Source: Gemmatimonadota bacterium (GTDB taxonomy: Bacteria; Gemmatimonadota; Gemmatimonadetes; Palauibacterales; Palauibacteraceae). Taken from it: DNA of 64,000 nucleotides. The stretch spans positions 88,733 to 152,732 of the forward strand of contig JBDHIO010000004.1 of NCBI GenBank assembly GCA_039587355.1. The letters are read 5' to 3'. The number at the start of each line of letters is the position of its first letter. Position 1 is the first letter of the stretch. Below are positions 18,093 to 28,827 of this stretch, piece by piece. Below the pieces are notes generated by a model, which was not told where the DNA came from, did no database searches, and saw only the letters and a program-made list of their open reading frames with translations. A program made the position numbers and the translations under genes.

Positions 18093-20723
18093 CTAGGACG
18101 CCTCGCGGATCCCCTCGCCCGCGTCCCCCGCAACTCTCGATATTGAAAGCGTTTCCGGCTCTTCACCGATGTCGACTCGCACGGTATCCCCTTCGGAGAA
18201 CCTGCCCTCCAGGAAGGCCATCGCCAGCGGGTCCGTGATCAGGCGCTGGATCGCGCGCTTCAACGGCCGCGCACCGAACGCCGGCTCGTACCCGATCTCG
18301 GCGATCCGCCGCCGTGCCGCGTCGGTCACGTCGATCCGGATCTCCCGGTCCTCGAGTGTGGCCGATACGCGTTCGAGCTGGAGACCGACGATGAGCTCCA
18401 GGTGCTCTCGCTCGAGCGGGCGAAACACGAGGGTCTCGTCCACCCGGTTCAGGAACTCCGGCTTGAACTTCCCTCTCAACGCTCCGCGCACATCCTGTTC
18501 CACCGCGTCCCACGCCGTGCCGGCCTCGGCCCCCTCGAGGATCCTGGCGCTCCCGATGTTGCTCGTCATGATTAGCACCGAGTTCCGGAAGTCGACCGTG
18601 CGCCCCTGTCCATCCGTGAGCCGCCCGTCGTCCAGGATCTGGAGGAGAAGATTGAACACCTCAGGGTGCGCCTTCTCGATCTCATCAAAGAGAATCACCG
18701 CGTAGGGACGCCGCCTGATCGCCTCGGTCAGCTGGCCGCCCTCCTCGTATCCGACGTAGCCGGGGGGCGCCCCGATGAGACGCGCAACGGCATGCCGCTC
18801 CATGTACTCGGACATGTCGATGCGGATCATGGCCGCGTCATCATCGAACAGGAACTCGGCGAGCGCGCGAGCCGTTTCCGTCTTCCCGACCCCCGTGGGC
18901 CCGAGGAATATGAAGCTGCCGATCGGTCGATTTGGATCCTGGAGACCCGCGCGGCTCCGCCGCACGGCGTTCGCCACCGCGGTGATCGCGTGCTCCTGGT
19001 CGATCACGCGCTCGTGCAGGTGGTCTTCCAGCTTCGTGAGGCGGTCCCGCTCGTCTTCGAGCATCCGCGAGACGGGGATGCCCGTCCAGCTCGCGACGAC
19101 CTCCGCGACGTCCTCCTCGCCGACCTCCTCCTTCAGGAACGAGCCCTCGGCCTGCAACTCCGCCAGCCGCGTCTCCGCAGCCGTCAGCTTCTCGCGGAGC
19201 CTGGGCACCTCGCCGTAGCTGATTTCGGCTGACCGCTGGAGATTTCCGGTGCGCGTCGCCTGCTCCGCCGCGGTTCCCAGTTCTTCGATCTCCCGGATCA
19301 GGCCTCTGACCGTCTCGATGGCTTCCTTCTCGGTCAGCCAGCGTGCCTTGAGCCCCGCCAGCTCCTCGCGCAGGGCCGACAGCTCGCTCTCGAGGTCCTC
19401 GAGCCGTGCCCGGCTCTTCGCGTCGCCTTCGCCCCTGAGCGCTTCACGCTCGATCTCGAGCTGGGTCACACGACGCTCGATCTCATCGATCTGCTCCGGC
19501 ATCGAATCGATCTCGATCCTGAGGCGTGACGCCGCCTCGTCGATGAGGTCGATCGCCTTGTCCGGCAGGAAGCGGTCGCCGATGTAGCGGGAAGACAGCC
19601 GCGCGGCCGACACCAGGGCCGGGTCGGTAATCCTCACGCCATGATGAACCTCGTAGCGCTCCTTGAGGCCGCGGAGAATGGCGACCGTCTCATCGACGGA
19701 CGGCTCGCCGACGAGTACGGGCTGAAAACGTCGCTCGAGAGCCGGGTCCTTCTCGATGTGCTCCCGGTACTCGTCCAGCGTGGTCGCACCGACCATCCGC
19801 AACTGTCCGCGCGCGAGCGCGGGCTTGAGCATGTTCCCCGCGTCGACGGCACCTTCGGCCGCCCCCGCGCCGACCATCGTGTGCAGCTCGTCGAGGAAGA
19901 TCACGTACCGATCGTCGGCCTCCGTGATCTCCTTGAGCGTCGCCTTCAGCCGCTCCTCGAATTCGCCCCGGTACTTGGCCCCGGCGAGCATGGAGCCGAT
20001 GTCGAGCTGGACCAGCTGCTTGTTTCGAAGCGACTCCGGAACGTCCCCGGACACGATGCGCTGTGCGAGGCCCTCCGCGATCGCGGTCTTGCCGACGCCG
20101 GGTTCACCGATGAGTACGGGGTTGTTCTTCCTCCGGCGCGACAGGACCTGCATCACGCGGCGAATCTCGGTGTCCCGGCCGATCACCGGGTCCAGCTTCC
20201 CTGCCCGAGCCTGAGCCGTCAGATCGACGCCGTACCGTTCGAGCGCGCGGTACTTCCCTTCCGGATCCTGATCCGTCACCCGGTGGGGCCCGCGGACCTC
20301 TTCGACGGCCTGCCGGACGCTCTTCTCGTCCCCACCCAGGTCGGCGATCAATGGCCGGGTGCTGCTCGCGGCCTTCGACACGAGCCCGAGAAGCAAATGC
20401 TCGGTCGAGACGTAGGAGTCCGTCATCTCCCGGGCCGCTCCGTCCGCATGCTCGAGGACCTTCTGCAACTCCCGGCTGGCCTGCGGGGCACCCCCGGACT
20501 GGGTGGGCAACCGCTCGAGCGCATCGGCCAGGCGTCCCTCGATCTCCACGAGATCGAGGCCGACCTTCTGGAGGACGGGCACGACGACCCCGCCCTCCTG
20601 ATCGATCAGCGCTCGCAACAGGTGCAGGTCCTCGACCGCGGGGTTCCCCTCCCGCGTAGCGGCGAGCGATGCGTCCCGCAGCGCTTCCGCTGCCTTTACC
20701 GTCAGCCGTTCAACCGGAATCAT
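18093..20723 (-). CDS. clpB: ATP-dependent chaperone ClpB
   Basis: 876 aa. Two AAA+ modules ([21 protein letters not shown]), an M-domain coiled coil and the Clp N-terminal repeat. GAGGA SD upstream. Confidence 0.95.
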   Translation of the reverse strand: MIPVERLTVKAAEALRDASLAATREGNPAVEDLHLLRALIDQEGGVVVPVLQKVGLDLVEIEGRLADALERLPTQSGGAPQASRELQKVLEHADGAAREMTDSYVSTEHLLLGLVSKAASSTRPLIADLGGDEKSVRQAVEEVRGPHRVTDQDPEGKYRALERYGVDLTAQARAGKLDPVIGRDTEIRRVMQVLSRRRKNNPVLIGEPGVGKTAIAEGLAQRIVSGDVPESLRNKQLVQLDIGSMLAGAKYRGEFEERLKATLKEITEADDRYVIFLDELHTMVGAGAAEGAVDAGNMLKPALARGQLRMVGATTLDEYREHIEKDPALERRFQPVLVGEPSVDETVAILRGLKERYEVHHGVRITDPALVSAARLSSRYIGDRFLPDKAIDLIDEAASRLRIEIDSMPEQIDEIERRVTQLEIEREALRGEGDAKSRARLEDLESELSALREELAGLKARWLTEKEAIETVRGLIREIEELGTAAEQATRTGNLQRSAEISYGEVPRLREKLTAAETRLAELQAEGSFLKEEVGEEDVAEVVASWTGIPVSRMLEDERDRLTKLEDHLHERVIDQEHAITAVANAVRRSRAGLQDPNRPIGSFIFLGPTGVGKTETARALAEFLFDDDAAMIRIDMSEYMERHAVARLIGAPPGYVGYEEGGQLTEAIRRRPYAVILFDEIEKAHPEVFNLLLQILDDGRLTDGQGRTVDFRNSVLIMTSNIGSARILEGAEAGTAWDAVEQDVRGALRGKFKPEFLNRVDETLVFRPLEREHLELIVGLQLERVSATLEDREIRIDVTDAARRRIAEIGYEPAFGARPLKRAIQRLITDPLAMAFLEGRFSEGDTVRVDIGEEPETLSISRVAGDAGEGIREAS

Positions 20724-20769
20724 CTATATCCTCTTCGTGACTGCTTCGTGTATCCCGCTCGAACCACCC

Positions 20770-21327
20770 TCAGTCCACATCGATCCGGTGCGCGTCACCG
20801 GCGGCTCGACGTGGCAGTCGAACTTCGAGCACCCCATTCGACATCTTCGCGGAGATCCCGGAGTGGTCCACTCCCGGCGGCACCGGGATCGTCCGCTGGA
20901 ACCGCCCGTATGTGCACTCGCTGCGCCGCGTCTCGGCCCCCTCGGGCACGGACGGGCGACCACGTGTCCCGGCGACGGTCAGTTCCTCATCGGCGGCACT
21001 AACCTCAACGTCGGACTTCTCGAGGCCCGGGAGGTCGAATAGCACCCGCCAGCCCTCGTCGGGCACCTCCACCAGGTCGTACCTCGGAAACCTGCCAGTC
21101 GTCGGCCCTACGGTCTTGAGAGCCGAATCGACCAGACCGCTCACCGCATCCTGAATCTCGGCAAACGAACTCCAGCCGGACCACGGGCGCTCATCTCCGC
21201 CCGTCTCCCCGGATCCGGCATCACTGGACGCTTCCTCCTGCGCCGCCTCGGCCGGCTCGCTTTCGACGTAGCCATCCGCCTGGGGATGCGCCTTCGTGGT
21301 TCCCGTATCGTCCTGTCGCTCGTCCAC
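20770..21327 (-). CDS. Small heat-shock protein (Hsp20/alpha-crystallin family)
   Basis: Alpha-crystallin domain RYDLVEVPDEGWRVLFDLPGLEKSDVEVSAADEELTVAG...GVLEVRLPR at the C-terminus. The track ORF extends to 21654 with an Arg-rich artefact. GTG at about 21327 is preceded by AGAGGAG (6-nt spacer). Lies directly upstream of clpB. Confidence 0.78.
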   Translation of the reverse strand: MDERQDDTGTTKAHPQADGYVESEPAEAAQEEASSDAGSGETGGDERPWSGWSSFAEIQDAVSGLVDSALKTVGPTTGRFPRYDLVEVPDEGWRVLFDLPGLEKSDVEVSAADEELTVAGTRGRPSVPEGAETRRSECTYGRFQRTIPVPPGVDHSGISAKMSNGVLEVRLPRRAAGDAHRIDVD

Positions 21328-21506
21328 CTGCCGCTCCTCTTCTCGTCGTGTATGCGCTTCGCTGCGTGTGTGTAGTGCCCCGGGGGGCAAAGGGCGTGCC
21401 CCGCCGACCCGTCCAAAACGGCGGAAATCCGACGGCTCGATACGGCGTTTCCGGCCGAAGCGGCGGGCTCGCGCCCGTCCGGCGAGGACCCCTGCCACAA
21501 AGGCAT

Positions 21507-21519
21507 GAACCGACGGTTC
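21507..21519. promoter_or_regulatory. 13-bp perfect palindrome GAACCGACGGTTC in the hsp20/OPT divergent intergenic region (candidate operator)
   Basis: Seen directly in the sequence. Located about 180 nt upstream of the hsp20 GTG and about 90 nt upstream of the OPT ATG. Confidence 0.25.
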
Positions 21520-21605
21520 GGACCCAACGATCGCTTGACCCCCGAATCCCCGCCGACTAGCCTCCTGACTGCCGGTCCCCGACCCTCCCGATCGGAGCCT
21601 GAACC

Positions 21606-23663
21606 ATGTCCGAACAACCGACCGACCGCGCGTCGACGGGCGTAGCCCAGCCATACATCCCGGCGTCGCAGTCGCTCCCCGAAATCACGTTCAAGGCCGT
21701 CGTCCTCGGCTTCCTGCTGTCCGGGGTGCTCGGCGGTGCGAACGCGTATCTCGGTCTGAAGGTAGGGCTGACCGTGTCGGCATCCATCCCCGCCGCCGTG
21801 ATCTCGATGGCGATTCTCCGGATGTTCCGAGAACACAACATCCTCGAGAACAACATCGTTCAGACGGCCGCATCGGCGGGCGAATCGCTCGCTGCGGGGA
21901 TCATCTTCACCCTGCCCGCGCTGATCCTTCTTCAGCAGTGGGCAGGGTTCCCCTTCCTCCCGACGATGGGGATCGCCCTATGCGGCGGGGTGCTGGGTGT
22001 CCTCTTCACGGTTCCCCTTCGACGCGCGCTGATCGTCGAAGCCGACCTGAAGTTCCCGGAAGGTGTCGCGACGGCGGAGGTGCTCAAGGCGGGAACGGAG
22101 GGAGGCGCAGGCGCGAAGCTGATCGCGATCGGCGGGCTGGCGGCGGCGGTGCTCAAGCTGAGCCAGACGGGATTCAAGGTCGCCGCGGGCTCCGCGAGCG
22201 GTGCCCTGACTGCGGGCCGATCGACGTTCGGCATGGGAGCCGACCTTTCGCCCGCGCTCCTCGGTGTCGGCTACATCGTCGGTCTGAACATCGCCGTCTT
22301 GGTCTTTGCCGGCGGGTTGATCTCGTGGCTCTTCGGGATCCCTCTCTACATGGCCTTCGCCGATCCGGCCGCGGTCGCGGCAATCACAGACGGGGCGACC
22401 GGGTACGACGGCGCCCTCGAGATCTGGAGTTCGCGCATTCGGTACATGGGCGTCGGCTCGATGGCCGTCGGCGGTCTCTGGGCCCTCGTCGCGCTGCTCA
22501 AGCCCATTCGTGACGGGATCTCTTCCTCGCTCGAGGCCGTGCGCGAGGCCAGGCGCGGCGGGACCGCGTCGGTCCCCCGCACGGAACGCGACACCCCGAT
22601 CAACCTCGTCGCTTTCGGAACGTTCGCCCTCGCTGTTCCCATCTTCATCGTGTTCTTGGGCGTGATCGACCGTGAGGCCCTGGGCATCACGTCCGAGCTC
22701 TACACGACTGCGCTCGCCCTCGGTGCGGTCTTCGCGATCTTTGCAGGGTTCCTCTTCGCCTCGGTGGCCGGGTACATGGCGGGGCTCGTCGGGTCCTCGA
22801 ACAACCCGATCTCGGGTGTGACGATCGCGACGATCCTGACCATCTCGCTCCTGCTCTACCTGCTCCTCGGGTCGCAGATCGACTTCACGATCGGTGGCGC
22901 GCAGGCAACGGCTGCGGCCGCGACCGCGATCCTCGTAGGGGCGGTCGTCGCGTGCGCTGCGGCGATCGCGGGCGACAACATGCAGGATCTCAAAGCGGGC
23001 CGGATCGTCGGGGCGACGCCGATCAAGCAGCAGATCATGCAGATCGTGGGTGTCGTCGCAGGAGCGATCGCGATCGCCCCGATCCTCGGGCTCCTCTTTC
23101 AGGCCTACGGCCTCGGCGGCGTGTTCCCCCGTGCGGGCATGGACCCGGCCGAGATGCTGGACGCACCCCAGGCGACGCTGATGGCCTCCGTGGCCGACGG
23201 GGTGTTCACGCGGAACCTGCCCTGGACAATGATCCTGATCGGCGCGGTGATCGCCGTCGCGATCATTCTTCTCGACAAGGTCCTCGAGGCGCGTGAGTCG
23301 GAGTTTCGCACCCACGTCCTCGCCGTCGCTGTGGGAATCTACCTGCCCATCGAGCTAACCCTCCCGATCTTCGTGGGAGGGATCGTGGCCTGGGCCGCCT
23401 CCAGGGCCCTTCGCGGCACCGGCGGCGACGACGCGGCCGTCGAGCGCGGAAGCCAGCGCGGCCTTCTCTTCTCCTCCGGTCTGATCACCGGGGAGGCGCT
23501 CGTAGGGATTCTTCTCGCGATCCCGTTCGCCGCGGCGCAGAGCACGGACGTACTGGCTCTCGCACCGGACGGGTTCGATGCCTTCGCGACGGTCATCGGG
23601 CTGGGGACCGCGATCGGGTTCACCCTGTGGCTCTACCGAATCTCGTCGCGCACCGGCGCTTGA
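21606..23663 (+). CDS. OPT family oligopeptide transporter
   Basis: 685 aa, polytopic membrane protein with OPT-family motifs (VVLGFLLSGVLGGANAYLGLKVGLTVSASIPAAVISMAIL). Confidence 0.9.
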   Translation: MSEQPTDRASTGVAQPYIPASQSLPEITFKAVVLGFLLSGVLGGANAYLGLKVGLTVSASIPAAVISMAILRMFREHNILENNIVQTAASAGESLAAGIIFTLPALILLQQWAGFPFLPTMGIALCGGVLGVLFTVPLRRALIVEADLKFPEGVATAEVLKAGTEGGAGAKLIAIGGLAAAVLKLSQTGFKVAAGSASGALTAGRSTFGMGADLSPALLGVGYIVGLNIAVLVFAGGLISWLFGIPLYMAFADPAAVAAITDGATGYDGALEIWSSRIRYMGVGSMAVGGLWALVALLKPIRDGISSSLEAVREARRGGTASVPRTERDTPINLVAFGTFALAVPIFIVFLGVIDREALGITSELYTTALALGAVFAIFAGFLFASVAGYMAGLVGSSNNPISGVTIATILTISLLLYLLLGSQIDFTIGGAQATAAAATAILVGAVVACAAAIAGDNMQDLKAGRIVGATPIKQQIMQIVGVVAGAIAIAPILGLLFQAYGLGGVFPRAGMDPAEMLDAPQATLMASVADGVFTRNLPWTMILIGAVIAVAIILLDKVLEARESEFRTHVLAVAVGIYLPIELTLPIFVGGIVAWAASRALRGTGGDDAAVERGSQRGLLFSSGLITGEALVGILLAIPFAAAQSTDVLALAPDGFDAFATVIGLGTAIGFTLWLYRISSRTGA

Positions 23664-24025
23664 CCCGGCCCCGCCGAGCCCGACTCGGCCTGTTCCTCGT
23701 GCTGGCCGGTTCGTTCGCGGCGTGCGGCGAACCGGCCGGTCCGATCGATGACGACACCTACGTCGCCGTCATGGCGGGACTGTCATTTGCCCAGGCCCGG
23801 TTCCTGGACGTCGCGTCCGCCGACTCCGCGCGTCGGGCGGTGATCGAGGACTCCGGCATCGACCCCGCCGATCTCGTGGCGTTTGCCGAGGCGAACGGCG
23901 CGAACACGGAGAAGATGTTCGCCCTGCACGAGCGCGTCCTCGCGCTGGTGGACTCGCTCGTGGCGATCGAATCCGGCATCCTCGTCCCGCCCGGAGACTC
24001 CATCGGAGCGGAGCCGGACCGGTGA
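23660..24025 (+). CDS. Small lipoprotein, unknown function (first gene of the mla-like cluster)
   Basis: TTG at 23660 overlaps the OPT stop (TTGA). Gives LTRPRRARLGLFLVLAGSFAAC|GEP (lipoprotein signal). An alternative ATG at 23627 lies inside OPT. Its stop overlaps the mlaE GTG (GTGA). Confidence 0.5.
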   Translation: MTRPRRARLGLFLVLAGSFAACGEPAGPIDDDTYVAVMAGLSFAQARFLDVASADSARRAVIEDSGIDPADLVAFAEANGANTEKMFALHERVLALVDSLVAIESGILVPPGDSIGAEPDR

Positions 24026-24804
24026 TCACCGGACTGACACTCAGGATCGGGCACTTCTTCAGAGAGAGCGCCCGACACGCCGGGCGGGTCTGGATGCTCT
24101 TCGTCGCGACCATCCTCTCGCTTCGCCACCCGCGACTCTACCTGAACGAGACGTTCGTCCAGGCGAAGCGCATCGGCGTCGAAGGCTTGGGGCTGGTTCT
24201 TCTGATGGGGGCCCTCTCCGGCGGCGTCCTGTCGCAGCAGACCGCAAATCAACTCGCTGCGGGGCTCCCGCTCTCGATCATCGCGGGCAGCCTGGTCGGG
24301 GGTATGCTGACCGAGCTTGGGCCCGTCCTGACCGCGATCGTCCTCGCCGGACGCATGGGTGCGGGGATCGGCGCGGAGCTCGGGACGATGCAGGTCACCA
24401 ACCAGATCGATGCCCTGCTCACGCTGGGACGGGATCCGGTGGTCGAACTCGTCGTTCCGCGGGTCGTGGCCGGGACGATCATCCTCGTCCCGCTCGTCGT
24501 CCTCGCGAACATCACGGGGATCCTCGCCGGGTTCGCGATCTGTACCACGGTGATCGGGATGACGGCGCAGGAGTTCGCCGCAGGCGCGCGGGGCTACTAC
24601 CACCACCCGGCCCTCTTCTACACCCTGACGAAGGCGGTCGCCTTCGGGTTCACGATCACCTTCACCGCATGCTATGTGGGGCTCCGGGCCGGTGGGGGCG
24701 CCGCCGGCGTGGGACGAACGGCCACCAAGGCGGTCGTCGCGATCATCGTGGCGGTAATGGTGCTCGACGTTGTTCTCGCGCCCGCCTACAAGGCGTTTCA
24801 ATGA
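24022..24804 (+). CDS. mlaE: ABC transporter permease, MlaE family
   Basis: 260 aa with MlaE/TTG2B-type helices. GTG start. Confidence 0.85.
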   Translation: MITGLTLRIGHFFRESARHAGRVWMLFVATILSLRHPRLYLNETFVQAKRIGVEGLGLVLLMGALSGGVLSQQTANQLAAGLPLSIIAGSLVGGMLTELGPVLTAIVLAGRMGAGIGAELGTMQVTNQIDALLTLGRDPVVELVVPRVVAGTIILVPLVVLANITGILAGFAICTTVIGMTAQEFAAGARGYYHHPALFYTLTKAVAFGFTITFTACYVGLRAGGGAAGVGRTATKAVVAIIVAVMVLDVVLAPAYKAFQ

Positions 24805-25547
24805 TCGAGATAACGGGCGTGAAGAAACGCTTCGGCGACAAGGTCGTCCTCGCGGGCGTCGACGTCACGATCGGCGAAGGCGAGTGTCTCGTCATCATGG
24901 GACCCTCGGGAACAGGCAAGAGCGTTCTCCTGAAGCACATCGTGGGTCTTCTGGACCCCGACGAGGGTGATGTCCGGGTGGACGGCATCTCCGTGCCCAC
25001 AGCGAATCAAAAGGCCATCCTCGAGGTTCGGTCTAAGGTCAGCTACGTGTTCCAGAACTCGGCGCTGTTCGACTCGCTCACCGTTCGCGGCAACCTGCTC
25101 ATGGGTCTGCCGGAGGGGGAATGTCGGAAGCCGGACGTGGACTGCGAGGCGATGGCGCGAGAGGCCTTGTCGCACGTCAATCTCGGGCACGAGGTGCTGG
25201 AACTCGTACCCGCGGAGCTATCCGGGGGCATGCAGCGGAGGGTGGCGATCGCGCGTGCGATCATCGGCGAACGCCGCTACATCCTCTACGACGAACCGAC
25301 CACCGGGCTCGACCCCGTGAACGCGACACGGATCAACCAGCTGATCGCGAGCGTGAACCGGGAAGTCGAGGCCACGAGTGTTATCGTGACGCACGATGTG
25401 CAGTCCGCGTTCTTCCTCGCGGACCGAATCGTGTTGCTTTCGGAAGGGGTCGTTCAGGCCGAGGGGACCCCTGAAGACCTCCGCACCACGACGGACCCCG
25501 TCGTGCGCGAATTCCTCGACTCGGCCCCGACTGTGGAGGTGGTGTGA
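24801..25547 (+). CDS. mlaF: ABC transporter ATP-binding protein, MlaF family
   Basis: Walker A GPSGTGKS, signature LSGGMQRRVAIARA, Walker B ILYDEPTTGLD. ATGA overlap with mlaE. Confidence 0.9.
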   Translation: MIEITGVKKRFGDKVVLAGVDVTIGEGECLVIMGPSGTGKSVLLKHIVGLLDPDEGDVRVDGISVPTANQKAILEVRSKVSYVFQNSALFDSLTVRGNLLMGLPEGECRKPDVDCEAMAREALSHVNLGHEVLELVPAELSGGMQRRVAIARAIIGERRYILYDEPTTGLDPVNATRINQLIASVNREVEATSVIVTHDVQSAFFLADRIVLLSEGVVQAEGTPEDLRTTTDPVVREFLDSAPTVEVV

Positions 25548-26467
25548 GAGATCCCGGGCTTCGGGACCGTGGCGCCGAAATCCAGGTGGGCGCGCTCGTC
25601 CTCGTGACGGGACTCGCCCTCATCCTCGGCCTGTTCTGGATTTCCGATCTCCGCATGGGCGGAAGCCGTCTCGGCATCTTCGGGGTCGCCGCCGACGCGA
25701 GTCAGATCACGCCGGACTCTCCCGTGTTTCTCCGCGGCGTCGAGGTCGGGCGCGTCGACGAGGTGCGGCTCGAGCCGACCCGCGTCGTTCTCACGATGTC
25801 GTTCTTCGCGGACGTGGACCTCTCGGCCGACACCCGGGGCGTGATCAAGGCCGCGGGGTTTCTCGGGAGCCAGATGGTCGAGCTTCAGCCGGGCGCCGCG
25901 ACGGCGCCCCTCGCCGAGGGCGACACCATCGCTCTCGGGAGTTCGTCGGACCTCATGTCCCTGGCTTCGGATCTCGGCGACGAGACGGGCGTCCTGCTCG
26001 AGCGGGTCGAGTCCGTCCTGTCCGACGAGTTGATCGGCAACCTCAACGAGAGCTCCCGAGCCTTCACCGCGGCCATGCAGGAGCTCGAGGGCCTGATGTC
26101 CAGCGAGCGGGAGGCGGTCTCCAGCCTCCTCGCGAACCTCGACGCGGCAACCGCCGAGCTGGCCCAGCTCGCGAGCTCACCCGAGCTCGATCGTTCGCTC
26201 GCGAACCTCGACACGCTCACGACACGGCTCGCGGCGGCCAGCGCCGGGTTCGACTCGACGACGACTGCGCTCGCCACGATCACCACGCGGCTGGCAGACG
26301 GCGAGGGCACACTCGGCAAGATGATGACGGACGAGGAGCTGTACGACGGGCTGACGGAGACACTCGCCAACCTGCAGGCGGCCAGCGAGGAAATCGCGAT
26401 CCTCATGAAGGACGTTCGGGAGCGACCCGACCGTTACCTGAAGGACATCAAGGTCTCGGTCTTCTGA
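25544..26467 (+). CDS. mlaD: MCE/MlaD-family substrate-binding protein
   Basis: 307 aa. N-terminal TM then MCE domain (PVFLRGVEVGRVDEVRL), with a C-terminal coiled-coil extension. GTGA overlap with mlaF. Confidence 0.8.
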   Translation: MRDPGLRDRGAEIQVGALVLVTGLALILGLFWISDLRMGGSRLGIFGVAADASQITPDSPVFLRGVEVGRVDEVRLEPTRVVLTMSFFADVDLSADTRGVIKAAGFLGSQMVELQPGAATAPLAEGDTIALGSSSDLMSLASDLGDETGVLLERVESVLSDELIGNLNESSRAFTAAMQELEGLMSSEREAVSSLLANLDAATAELAQLASSPELDRSLANLDTLTTRLAAASAGFDSTTTALATITTRLADGEGTLGKMMTDEELYDGLTETLANLQAASEEIAILMKDVRERPDRYLKDIKVSVF

Positions 26468-26482
26468 TCGGCAGCTGACTTT

Positions 26483-27241
26483 CTAGAGGCCGGTAGGTAC
26501 GTCGTAGAACCGTGATTCGATTTCGAACCGGTCTGCCGTCGCTTCCGCGAGACGTCTGACCCCGAAGGTCTCGGTCGCGTAGTGCCCGGCGTAGAGAACG
26601 GTGATGCCGAGCTCCATCGCCTCGTGGTATGTGTGGTGGTTTCCTTCCCCGGTCAGGAACGCGTCCGCTCCCGCCTCCGCGGCCTCCGCGATCATCGACC
26701 CGGCTCCGCCCGTGACGATCGCCAGGCGCTCCACCCGGTCGGACCCGCCACGGATCGCACGCACGCTGTCGCCGCACACCGCCCCGATACGTCGGACCAG
26801 CTCATCGACCGACAGGTCCGCCCGGGTAATCACGCCGATCCCCTGAAGTGACCCGTGCGATCCGAACCGATCTTCGGTCACGAAGCCGAGCGCCTCGGCC
26901 AGCAACGCGTTGTTGCCGACCTCGGGATGCACATCGAGCGGTAGGTGAGCCGAATAAAGACCGGCGCCGGACTCTATCAGCCGCGACACCCGACGGTAGG
27001 TGGGCCCGACGAGCGGACGAGCGGACCCCCAGAACAGCCCGTGATGGACGAGCAGGAGGTCGCACCCATCGTCCACGGCGAGATCGATCGTCGCCTGGCA
27101 CGCATCCGTCGCCGCCCCGATCCGGGACACTTCGCGGCGACACTCGACCTGCAGGCCGTTCATAGCCCCGGGATAGTCCTCGATCTCACCCAGACGGAGA
27201 TATCGATCCCACCAGCCGGTGATCTCTCCCGCGTCGATCAC
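26483..27241 (-). CDS. Nif3-like dinuclear metal-center protein (GTP cyclohydrolase 1 type 2 homolog)
   Basis: NIF3 fold with LVHHGLFWG...AHLPLDVHP...HYATE. Start is ambiguous (ATG 27289 inside guaA, or GTG about 27241 just after the guaA stop). Confidence 0.75.
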   Translation of the reverse strand: MIDAGEITGWWDRYLRLGEIEDYPGAMNGLQVECRREVSRIGAATDACQATIDLAVDDGCDLLLVHHGLFWGSARPLVGPTYRRVSRLIESGAGLYSAHLPLDVHPEVGNNALLAEALGFVTEDRFGSHGSLQGIGVITRADLSVDELVRRIGAVCGDSVRAIRGGSDRVERLAIVTGGAGSMIAEAAEAGADAFLTGEGNHHTYHEAMELGITVLYAGHYATETFGVRRLAEATADRFEIESRFYDVPTGL

Positions 27242-27248
27242 TTCCCGG

Positions 27249-28784
27249 TCACTCCCACTCGATCGTGGCCGGGGGTTTGGACGAGACATCGTAGGTCACG
27301 CGATTCACGCCGCGTACCTCGTTGATGATGCGGTTCGACGCCTGTCCGAGGACGTCGTGCGGGAACTGATACCAGTCGGCGGTCATCCCATCCCTGCTCG
27401 TAACCGCCCGGAGGGCGACGACGTTCTCGTACGTCCTCGCATCCCCCATGACTCCCACCGACTGCACGGGCAATAACACGGCGAAGGCCTGCCAGATCTC
27501 GTCATAGAGACCGGCGGCCTGAATCTCCTCGAGATAGATCGCGTCGACCTCGCGCAGGGTGTCCAACTTGTCCTTCGTGATGTCACCGATGATCCGAATC
27601 GCGAGGCCCGGGCCCGGGAACGGGTGGCGGCCGACGATGTGTGCCGGCAGTCCGAGCTCCCGCCCGACCGCGCGGACCTCGTCCTTGAACAGGTCCCGGA
27701 GGGGCTCGATCAGCTCGAACGGGTGGTCCGGACGCAACCCGCCGACATTGTGGTGCGATTTGATCGTGACGGAGGGTCCGGACACGGAGACCGACTCGAT
27801 CACGTCCGGGTAGAGCGTGCCCTGCACCAGGAACTTCGCATCGCCGTGGCGACCGGCCGCGTCCTCGAATACGTCGATGAACGTGTGTCCGATCCGAACT
27901 CGCTTCTCCTCCGGATCCACGATCCCGTCGAGCTGGTCGAGGAATCTGTCCGTGGCGTCGACGACCTCCAGGCGCATGCCCTTCTGTCCGCTGAAGACCT
28001 CCTCCACCGACTGCCGCTCGTTCTTTCTGAGCAGGCCGGTATCGACGAAGATGCAGACCAGCTGGTCCCCGACCGCGCGCTGGACGAGCGCGGCCGCGAC
28101 CGCGCTGTCGACGCCGCCCGAAAGCCCGCAGATCACCTGTCCATCCCCGACACGAGCCCGAACGTCGGCCACGTGGTGCTCGATGATGCTCGAGGGTGTC
28201 CAGTCCGCCTCGCAGTCGGCGATCTCGAAGAGAAAGTTCCGCAGGATCTCGTCACCACGGGTCGTGTGAGCCACCTCGGGGTGGAACTGAACGGCCCAGA
28301 TGTCCCGATCGGGGGACCAGATCGCTGCAACGGAACTCTCGGTCGTCGCGAGGACCTGGAAGCCGGGTGGCGGACCCGGAAGCTCATCGCCGTGGCTCAT
28401 CCAAACCTGCGTGGCCTCGCCGTGGTCGAAGCCGGAGAACAACCCCTCCCCGCGTTCGACCTGCAGGCTCGCCCGCCCGTACTCGCGCCGGTCGGTCGCC
28501 GTGACCTCGCCGCCCAGGAGATGGGCGATCAGGTGCATTCCGTAGCAGATCCCGAGGACCGGCACGCCCATTTCCAGCACCTGAGGATCCGGGTGAGGCA
28601 CGCCGTCATCGTAGACGCTCGAGGGTCCTCCGGAGAGAATGATCGCCGCGGGGTCGAAGTTCCGGATCCAGTCGGCATCGCGTGTGGGCGGATGCACTTC
28701 GCAGTAGACCCGCTCCTCCCGGATCCGACGCGCGATCAACTGCGTGAACTGGGATCCGAAATCGAGAATCAAAACTCGACTCAC
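27249..28784 (-). CDS. guaA: GMP synthase (glutamine-hydrolysing)
   Basis: The conserved protein starts [23 protein letters not shown] (GATase) and continues through the ATP-PPase SGGVDS motif to PATIEWE. GTG at about 28784 is preceded by AGAGGA. The track ORF to 29183 is an Arg-rich artefact. Confidence 0.93.
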   Translation of the reverse strand: MSRVLILDFGSQFTQLIARRIREERVYCEVHPPTRDADWIRNFDPAAIILSGGPSSVYDDGVPHPDPQVLEMGVPVLGICYGMHLIAHLLGGEVTATDRREYGRASLQVERGEGLFSGFDHGEATQVWMSHGDELPGPPPGFQVLATTESSVAAIWSPDRDIWAVQFHPEVAHTTRGDEILRNFLFEIADCEADWTPSSIIEHHVADVRARVGDGQVICGLSGGVDSAVAAALVQRAVGDQLVCIFVDTGLLRKNERQSVEEVFSGQKGMRLEVVDATDRFLDQLDGIVDPEEKRVRIGHTFIDVFEDAAGRHGDAKFLVQGTLYPDVIESVSVSGPSVTIKSHHNVGGLRPDHPFELIEPLRDLFKDEVRAVGRELGLPAHIVGRHPFPGPGLAIRIIGDITKDKLDTLREVDAIYLEEIQAAGLYDEIWQAFAVLLPVQSVGVMGDARTYENVVALRAVTSRDGMTADWYQFPHDVLGQASNRIINEVRGVNRVTYDVSSKPPATIEWE

Positions 28785-28827
28785 CTGTCCTCTTTTCTGA
28801 GACGTATCACTTTTTCTCGGTACGCTT

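Noticed and set aside
21328-21605. CIRCE, HAIR or sigma32-type heat-shock promoter upstream of hsp20-clpB
   Set aside because: None of the consensus elements is present. Only the 13-bp GAACCGACGGTTC palindrome and GC-rich stems were found.
21978-23315. 445-aa minus-strand ORF inside the OPT transporter gene. Similar out-of-frame ORFs: 23758-24801, 25396-26478, 29072-29884, 34215-35315.
   Set aside because: They are out of frame with, or antisense to, confidently assigned genes. Composition is biased (Arg/Asp/Gly) and there are no recognisable motifs.
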